The notes under the pieces were generated by a model. It did not search any database and was not told the DNA's origin. It saw only the letters and a program-made list of their open reading frames with translations. From Eledone cirrhosa (Eukaryota), in assembly GCA_964016885.1 (NCBI GenBank), contig OZ024742.1, positions 212,660,001 to 212,724,000 on the forward strand: a stretch of DNA of 64,000 bases, read 5' to 3'. Position numbers and translations under genes: made by a program. Below, piece by piece: positions 55,601 to 64,000 of this stretch; the first letter of the stretch is position 1; every line of letters starts with the position of its first letter.

Positions 55601-56111
55601 TCAGTCTGTTTTAGATTGATCAAGCAGTAACATGCAAAGTGAACTTAGTCTAGTTGGTTATGTGGTAGTCTCAACTGCTTGCCTTTAGCCAACCACTCTG
55701 TTGTATACCTAATAATTGTTTCTACTTTTGGCACAAGGCCAGCAATTACCCAGTGCATTACTGGTACCTAATAATAGTATATTATTTGTATTAGTCTGTT
55801 TAGTTGTAAATAAACTGCAACATTTACTTTAAGGTTAAATGTTTAGCAATAGGTTGTATCTCCAACTGCATAAATAATTGTCAAAGCATATCGGTGAGTA
55901 TCAAAAGTTGCAAAAACTATTGTATTTATTGTTAGAAGAAAAAATATAAATATTGCTTAGTTTTCAAAGTAGAATTATTTGAAGTTATTTTTATATAAAT
56001 TCTTATTGGATAATAAGAATGTTTTTAATTTGCATTTTAACATACTTGTGACACAAACATTTGAAGACAGTTGTTCTGAAGAATAAAAATATGAATATAA
56101 TCACAGACAAA

Positions 56112-56503
56112 AAACCCCGCCTTGCCTAAGTACAAAGCGAAACCTACAGTCAGTAGGAACCTCTTAATCAAATATACACCCCCATCCCATTACCCCAACA
56201 ACATCGCCCCTTTCTCTGTAAAGTTATGTTGGTACCACAACATCCAGTCCTATATAAATGAGGTCGTGTAGGTGTCACGACAAAAAAACACACAGTCCAC
56301 GCTGTAATGTGGCCGTGTAGGTAACACGGTAAAAACCTCCCAGTCCACACTGTAAACGTGGTTGGTGTTAGGAAGGGCATCCAGCCATAGAAAACCTGCC
56401 AGACAGTCCTATACGAGCGAGACGACCAATCTTGCCTCAAGTGGGACAATTCCCGTCTAAACCTATGCTAGCATCGAAGATAGACGTTAAATGATGATGA
56501 TGA
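56112..56503 (+). mobile_element. RTE 3' UTR copy (long-3'-UTR family) without the SINE insertion
   Basis: Colinear with 23155-23785 minus the 23313-23501 SINE; (GAT)n tail. Confidence 0.85.
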
Positions 56504-56620
56504 TAAATTGATAGACTTTAAAAAAATGAAGCTTTTATAAATAATGTTTTATTACAAGGATTTTCCCTTTTCCCCTGCTTCCTTTCCCTCTTCTAAGCAT
56601 CCACGTTTTTCTTTGTATCT

Positions 56621-56658
56621 GTTTTCTGATGAAGAACTAGCATCTGAAACATTAAGAC
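56621..56658 (+). ncRNA. Minimal hammerhead-like motif, degenerate
   Basis: GTTTT-CTGATGA-AGA(ACTAGCA)TCT-GAAA-CATT-AAGAC: 5-pair stem I, 3-bp stem II, and a stem III that would be palindromic ACGT if one CpG had decayed. Confidence 0.45.
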
Positions 56659-58454
56659 TCTTTTCTAATTTCTTCTAAGTGTTAAGCTAATATACCATTA
56701 TTGTAATATGTTGTTCACTGGCACTGTTTTTTTTTTATTTGTAAGTTAGTAAACAGCAATGAATGATTTGTATAGCAATCTTTTCTATGAAATATACTTT
56801 AGTGTAGGAGCTAAAAACTAGGTACCACTCTCTAGGTATCATACAGTTTAGATTTACATACAAATAACAATATTTTTAGAATCATAAGGACCTATAATGA
56901 CATTGGAGAACACATGTAAATAAAATATATATTCTGAATCAGTTTTATACTATAATGGAGCAAACACCTGTTTTTCATTTTCATTCTTCATTTCATATTG
57001 ATCATAATCTTTGTTAAGATATAATCAAATGCTATACAATATCCCGACACATCAACTCTTGGTTCACTTCAATATTCTTAGCAGTTGAAAATGAGATCAA
57101 TAATCTTTTAAACCTCATTATAGTCTTTAGAGTTCAAATCCTGTCAAGGTTAACTTTGCCTTTTATCCTTAGGGGTCGATAAAATAAAGTACCAGTAATG
57201 TACTGACAAATTGTTGGCCTTGTGCCAAAAGTAGAAACAATTATAGCCTTTAGAGGTAAGCAGTACTTTAATTTACAGCCATTATTATGAATTAGATGCT
57301 TTTTAAGTGAAGCGATTGTTTTGTAAATGAATGTCTTTCTTACACACCAGCAAAGTAGGAATATAACTCATACAGAGCCATACAAACTTAGGCAAGAAAG
57401 GTGATAAGTTTTGTTGTGAGGGCCTCAGTACATTGATTATATTCATAATAAGAGTATGATCGATAATCCAGAACTCAACTTCCTGAATGCTTGAATAATA
57501 TAAGGTCATAACCTATTCTTCTATTATGCTCAGCATTTCCTTACCTATTTAATCATCACCAAAATTGTTTTAACGCCTGCTTTCCCATCCAGCAAGGGTT
57601 GGATGGGTCTACATAAACCTCCCAGACAGGTTGTTATTTCATTTACGTACAGTTTTATGTTCTACCAGGTATACAAGAGAGGTTTTCATGACTTTGATAC
57701 AACTGAAAAGTCCTCCCAGCTCTTTGTTTAGCAAGCTTGCTATGGCTGGATGCCCTTTCTCAAGCTTGTCTAGATTACATAAAGCTACACAACTGCCTGT
57801 ATTGCTACAACTCTGTCTGTATAATGTGAAAAGGATTAACCTTTTGAAGTTCTTGAATAACTACATAATGAGGCTGTACATATTTCTTTCCAAAATAAAT
57901 TAAAAACTTTTATAGTAAATTGAAGGTAAATTTGACATATAACTTTAAGATACTGTAAAACTTTTCTGTATTCACATACAGTAAATATATTTAAAAAAAA
58001 AAACATTTATATAATGAAATTGTATAAAATTGTATTTTTTCTGTGGATTTTATGAAACAAGGTAGAAATTGTTTATCTTAAGGCATTCAGTCTCAGGTAA
58101 ATTCTGATTGAGCAGATGTATATAGTCAAAGGTGTTATTTTGTAAATCAAGAACTAGTGTTCAAATGGATCTATTTTTACTTAAAATAGTTGGGTGTGAT
58201 GTGTGGGAAATTTGGCAGCTATGTCAATGAGGTCAAGTAACTGCATTGACACTTCTTCAAACTGTTTATGCATTCTAAATGTTGTACATATGTGACACAC
58301 ACACACTATATATATATATATATGTAATATGTGCATGTGTTTTAACTTTAAATTATACAGAAATATGCAGAAAACTACAAAAACAATATCCAAAACAAAA
58401 ATTCCAAAGAAGTTTACAAAAATGCATTGTAAAACGAACGTAAATATTGTTTAA

Positions 58455-58618
58455 CCCTTTAGCATTTACATTACTCAATATTTACTATTATATTTTCACA
58501 GTAAACTCTTTATTTCACATAATATCGAATTTACGAGATTTTGATATTATATATTTTGAGAACAATATCTTAACATAAGTATGAGCAGCTAGTTATGGCC
58601 GGTTTAAATGCTAAAGGG
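58455..58618. mobile_element. piggyBac-type MITE with an internal deletion
   Basis: TTAA-CCCTTTAGCATTTA ... TAAATGCTAAAGGG-CTAA. Confidence 0.85.
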
Positions 58619-59238
58619 CTAAGATCGTATTATAATTTTTTGCGCTTTGATTTAAGACTATGTATAAATTGTTTACACCAATAACAATTTAATGCATAAA
58701 AATGTTTCTAAGTTAAACAACTTTTACTGTAGTGAATTTTACTGATAGTATTATTCAGAATTTAAGCTTCAAAAATACAAAAAAACGAAAGAAAACCCAG
58801 AAAACAGTTGACCCTTTCATTTCCTATAATTACATGAATGTTTTTCTTTTCATTTAAAAAGTTTAAATATTTTATACTATATATTTAATCATTTTAAAAC
58901 ACTTTATTACAGGGTTAAAGGAACTGCTCAAATATAATCTGCATATACGCACACATATATATGTGTGTGCATGTATATATATACACACGTATATATATAT
59001 ACACACACGTGTGTTTATTCCCTGTGATGTAGCAGTTCGACAAATAGAGATCGATAAAGTAAGTACCAGACTTGAAAAGAAAAAGGTACTGGGGTCAATA
59101 TGATTGACTAAACCTAAAATGGTGGTGTCACTTATGGCTACAGTCTAACAACTGAAACCAGTAAAAAAATTAAAAGAATATATTTTGTAAGAAACCTTTG
59201 TTGTTTTTTATTATTATTTATCTAAACATAAACAGAAT

Positions 59239-59426
59239 AGTGGATTGGCAGTATCGGTAGAGGGTCGGACGCCATGCTTTGACGCATAGAGTTATGGTCC
59301 GTGCCATTCTGAGTTCAAATCCCGCCGAGGTTAACTTTGCCTTTCATCCTTACGGGGTCGATAAAATAAAGTACCAGTAATACACTGGGTAATTGCTGGC
59401 CTTGTGCCAAAAGTAGAAACAATTAT
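59239..59426 (+). mobile_element. Full-length family-A SINE
   Basis: A and B boxes, core and ATT tail; TSD ATTATTTATCTAAACATAA on both sides; absent from the paralogous site near 61790. Confidence 0.9.
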
Positions 59427-60430
59427 TTATCTAAACATAATTGTTAGATTTTATCTAAACATTTGTGATTATATTCACAATATTTTTATTCTTCGGGATA
59501 ACTATTTTCAAATGTCTGTGTTGTCATAAGAAGTAGAAGTGCAATTAAAAAATATTCTCATTATCAAATAAAAATTGATATAAAAAAATTAAATAAAACA
59601 TACAAAAATCAGTCACAGAAAATGAACATTTTTCTTAAAACAGTCATAACAACCTGCTGTTAATATCTAGCTTTAACTATTTACTGTTTTCACAATCTTC
59701 AACATGTTGAAGTGTATTAATCTCCTGCAGTTCCTCATCTCTAATGCTTTGCTTTCTATACTGATCCTATAACAGTTGATAATGGTGCAGATCTGGCAGC
59801 AATAAGGATTAATAATTGGATTGGTCAAGTCAGAAACTGACCACCAACACCACCACCACCACCCGCACTCAGGTTTTAGCAATCAAAGAAAGCTCTATAG
59901 ATTTTCCAGTCCTCATTTATATTATCATGCTCATTAATACCTTCCTAAGTAGATGATGGTGACAAATTGGAATACCTTACAATATTTATTTTAGCTTTTT
60001 TTATTCTCAGTTGAAATACCATCAAGTTTAACTAGGTCTTTTATCTTTCTAGGGTCAATAAAATAATTTACCATCCTAGGGTAGTGGACTGGCAGAATTG
60101 TTAGAGCATTGGATTAAATGTTTTGTGGTATTTGTTCAAGCTCTTTATGTTCTAAGTGCCCAAGTAAATATGGTGAATTTGTCCATATCCAATTGACAAG
60201 ACAGTATCTTGTAAAAAATACAACATCAAGAAACCACTATTGTATTCTCCCATGAAGACATCAGGGATAATTTGTCAACTTGATGCAAAGAAGCAAGTAG
60301 ATGATAAATATTGTATGAGAAAAAATATTTCTTAATATTTTGAAAATGAAATCACTGAAATTAATCTAGTCAAATAACATCCTAGGTAAACACTACCTGA
60401 AACTTTATTTAACCTTTATTTAAATATTAA

Positions 60431-60643
60431 CTTTATTTAACCAGCTGTATCCATCCAGAATTCTCTCACCTTTCTGTTGAAACCAGTTGTAACCGGCCAT
60501 TCATACAGATGCTAAAGTATTGTTCTCAAAATGAATAATATCAAAATCTCATAGATTCAACATGATGTGAGCTAATTATGTGGGGTAAAGCCTTTACCAT
60601 GAAAATACAATAGTAAATATAAAGTAATGTAAATGCTTAAGGT
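60431..60643. mobile_element. piggyBac-type MITE, opposite orientation, eroded
   Basis: Reverse complement of the 39438 MITE body. Confidence 0.7.
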
Positions 60644-61269
60644 TTAAAGTATAGTTTAAATCTTTCATAGCATTGAAATATTGATGTTTCTGAAATTAAA
60701 TAAACATTTTGTTGCTTACATTATTTTATACTATTTTTGTACTACTGATGTGTGGAATGGTTAATTTTATTGATACTATTATTATTCAGAATTTAAGCTG
60801 CAAAAATACAAAAAGATACAAAAAAAAAACCCAGAAGAAAACACAGAAAACAGTTGACCCTCTCATTAACATTATTCCTGTAATTACATGAATATTTTTT
60901 TAATTTAAAATGTTTAAAAATTCTATACAATATATTTAACCATTTTAAGACACCTTATTACACTAACAGCCAATACAAGGTTAAAGGAACTGCTCAAGAA
61001 AAATAATCTGTCTACTATTTACACACACACACCTATATATATATATAAATCTACATGTGTGTCTTTATGCGTATTTGATACAATCATATAGATATGTCCT
61101 ACTTGTGATATATATATACATATACAGTATATGTATGTATGTGCAGGTATGTCTGTGTGTTAAGAAGTTTGCTTTACAACCACCTGGTTTCAGGTTGTTA
61201 CACTGTGTGGCATCACGGGTACATGTCTATTATTGCCTCAGATTGATCAATGCTTTGAGAGTGAGATTT

Positions 61270-61375
61270 AATTGTTTCTACTATTGGTACAAGGCCAGCA
61301 ATTACCCAGTACATTACTGGTACTTTATTTTATCGACCCCGTAAGGATTAAAGGCAAAGTTAACTCGGCGGGATA
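61270..61375 (-). mobile_element. 5'-truncated family-A SINE
   Basis: Flanked by GAGTGAGATTTAAT / GAGTGAAATTTAAT TSD. Confidence 0.85.
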
Positions 61376-61418
61376 GAGTGAAATTTAATGGTTGACAGCT
61401 GTGTGGAAGTTTGTCAGA

Positions 61419-61542
<124 letters not shown>

Positions 61543-62571
61543 TCAGTAATTACGTTTATACCACTTAACTAATGCTGTTGGTTTATGCCCTGTGATGTAG
61601 CAGTTCGAAAAATAGAGATCAATAAAGTAAGTACCAGACTTGAAAAGAAAAAGGTACTGGGGTCAATATGATTGACTAAACCTAAAAAGGCGGTGTCCAT
61701 GTATGGTTGCAGTCTAACAACTGAAACCAGTAAAACAAAAAAAGAATATATTTTGTAAGAAACCATTGTTGTTTTAATAAATCATTATTCATATAAACAT
61801 AATTGTTAGATTTTATCTAAACATTTGTGATTATATTCACAATATTTTTATTCTTCGGGATAACTATTTTCAAATGTTTGTGTTGTTGTCACAAGAAGTA
61901 GAAGTGCAATTAAAAAATATTCTCATTATCAAATAAAAAATTATATAAAAAATTAAATAAAACATACAAAAATCAGTCAGAAAAAAATGAACATTTTTCT
62001 TAAAACAGTCATAACAAAACCACGAGGAAAGATGATTCAAAGCTATTCATATTCAACTATTTTCATATAACTCTATATCTTTTGAAATTTAAAATGTGGA
62101 TCATTTACACTGGATTCCTGTGAATAATAGAACAAAGCTTGCACTGTTTCTACATCTTAATAGCTTTATCCCACTTTTATATCTTCCCTGCTGCTTCCTA
62201 CCTGTTTTACTTTGTCATGCTGTCCTATATTCAAGGAAAAACTAATCAATAGAAGTCACAACTAATCAAGTACCTTTCAATTTCAGCATGTTAAGAGTTG
62301 CATTAAAGGTAAAAAGAAATCAAATGTAATCATCTGCTATTATTATTGTTATTTTAATTTCTAGATTGAAGTTTATCTTTCAAAATTACATTTTATTTAA
62401 ACATGAATTAGAAAAGAACCTTTCACAAAAATAAAGATAATGAAATACAAATAAACTAAAAGCTATATAGAGTATCTTACATGTTTTCAGGGAAAATTTA
62501 AAAGTAACTGCTTATTTCTATTATCAATGTTTTGTAGGGCAGACTTTGTACAATCAATTAGAATTTTAATC

Positions 62572-62961
62572 TAGAATGGAGAAATGAGGCAAGCATGCTC
62601 CGTTGGATGTGCAGTGTAAATGTGCGTGAACGACCCAGCATAAATGTGTTGAGAGAGAAACTGTGTCCGAGAGGGATAGAATGTAGTGTACGGGAGAGGA
62701 GACTGAGGTGGTATGAACATGTGATGCGCATGGAGGATGACCGATGGGTGAAGAAGTGCCAGGAAATGCCAGTTGAAGGAAGACGTGGTAGAAGTAGACC
62801 ACGAAAAACATGGGCGGAGGTGGTGAGAACAGACCTCAGATCATTGAAGCTCACGGTGGAGATGACGAAGGACCGTGACGAGTGGAGAGATGCTGTGCTG
62901 AATAAGACCCGTCCCACCCTTGCAAGCAGGGAAAAGCAGACGTAAAATGATGATGATGATG
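62572..62961 (+). mobile_element. 5'-truncated RTE LINE (short-3'-UTR family)
   Basis: Open frame MLRWMCSVNVRER..RRLRWYEHVMRM..RPRKTW..; highly similar to 37495-37880; (GAT)n tail. Confidence 0.92.
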
Positions 62962-63250
62962 AATGGCACTAATGTTCAATTGGGTTGCATTTATAAAATG
63001 CAACCCAATATATAATAGTTTTCACTTGGTTATACTTATTTTACTACAATCAAGTTGGATTAGATGGGTTTTCAGTACTCTCTTTCTCTTTTGATGCATG
63101 TATGTTCTTTGTTAGTTACTCCTTAAATCTTAGCTTGTTTACCTATTTTACTCAGCTTTCTGATTCACTTGTTTATCTTAATTTTGTCTAATTAATTAAA
63201 AAAAAAGTCAGCCTACACTATTCATAGCTTGATGTAACATCATGGATCTG

Positions 63251-63820
63251 CTTCTTCTTCGCCTACTTATTTCTAAGAGGGTTGTTGGGGAAGAGTCTTC
63301 CAGTGGGTCCTCTCAGAGGGCAACTGTCTCCAACTGATCTGGCTGGAGCCCCAAACGAGACCAGCCAAGCTCATGGATGTTATCCAGTCATCTTGCTTGA
63401 GGTCTATCCCTGAGTCTCCTGCTGCTTGGTTTTGCCTGTAAAATCTGTCCAGTGATTCTTTCCCGAGACATTCTAACCATATGCCCGTAGTATCGGAGTT
63501 GTGATCTCTCAATTCGGAGAAGTAGTGGCTCTACCTGGAGTGATTCTCAGATCTCCAAGCTACGCATTCTATCGAGTAACGTTACTCCAAAGACCCTTCG
63601 GAGGAACCCCATTTCAGCTGCTTGTATTTGTGATCGTATTCTTTCAGTCATTACCCAACATTCATGACCATAGGTAAGGGTTGGCATGATTACCGAATAG
63701 AAGATAGCTAGTTTGGCTTTTACGCCTACCTCCCTTCTTCTGATTACTGAAGCTGGTGCATTACTGCATCAGCTCCTGCCTTCCATCATTCATGAACATG
63801 GCCCTAAGATACTTGAACCT
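63251..63820 (-). mobile_element. Rex3/Expander-like RTE LINE 3' fragment
   Basis: Minus strand reads REVGVKAKLAIFYSVIMPTLTYGHECWVMTERIRSQIQAAEMGFLRRVFGVTLLDRMRS..VEPLLLRIERSQLRYYGHMVRM; (GAA)n tail. Confidence 0.85.
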
Positions 63821-64000
63821 GCTTCAGTGGATCTGCTTAACATTTTAATGTTTAATTTCTCCCAGCTATTATAGATTTTGGAAACTGTACTGTGGTGACT
63901 CATCCATTGGTTAGATCACTTAGGTTAGAGAATTTATCTATTTCTATAAAGTAAACATAATTAGTCTTTGTTTCATGGTTGAAAAATTATAGCTAATTTA

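Noticed and set aside
55160-55700. Very old minus-strand RTE-like remnant and a CTGAAGA..GAAA motif near 55350
   Set aside because: Too degraded to delimit, and the motif has no stem II, so it was not called a hammerhead.
59239-59330. tRNA gene (also 42063 and 28858)
   Set aside because: A and B boxes are present but continue into SINE core and tail sequence with TSDs; no full cloverleaf is evident.

Overview
AT-rich animal genomic DNA, probably an octopod cephalopod (inferred from recalled SINE/RTE repeat families, not verified by a search). The whole window appears to lie inside a minus-strand calcineurin A (PP2B/PPP3C catalytic subunit) gene. Two exons are visible, 43331-43455 and 8459-8570, separated by a 34.8 kb intron; the flanking exons were not found in the window. 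The rest is intronic repeat: a 58-bp tandem satellite of at least 7.2 kb with higher-order structure, several decayed RTE-clade LINEs carrying a PHD-like finger inside the RT, Rex3/Expander-like RTE fragments, a CRE-clade LINE relic, a complete non-autonomous Helitron, piggyBac- and Tc1/mariner-type MITEs, two tRNA-derived SINE families and microsatellites. The most unusual signal is a set of type I hammerhead-ribozyme motifs, one of them in a 1.1 kb Penelope/retrozyme-like unit with an inverted terminal copy. Most ORFs in the supplied track are spurious or TE fragments. All calls were made by eye; TE boundaries are approximate unless a TSD or TIR is quoted.
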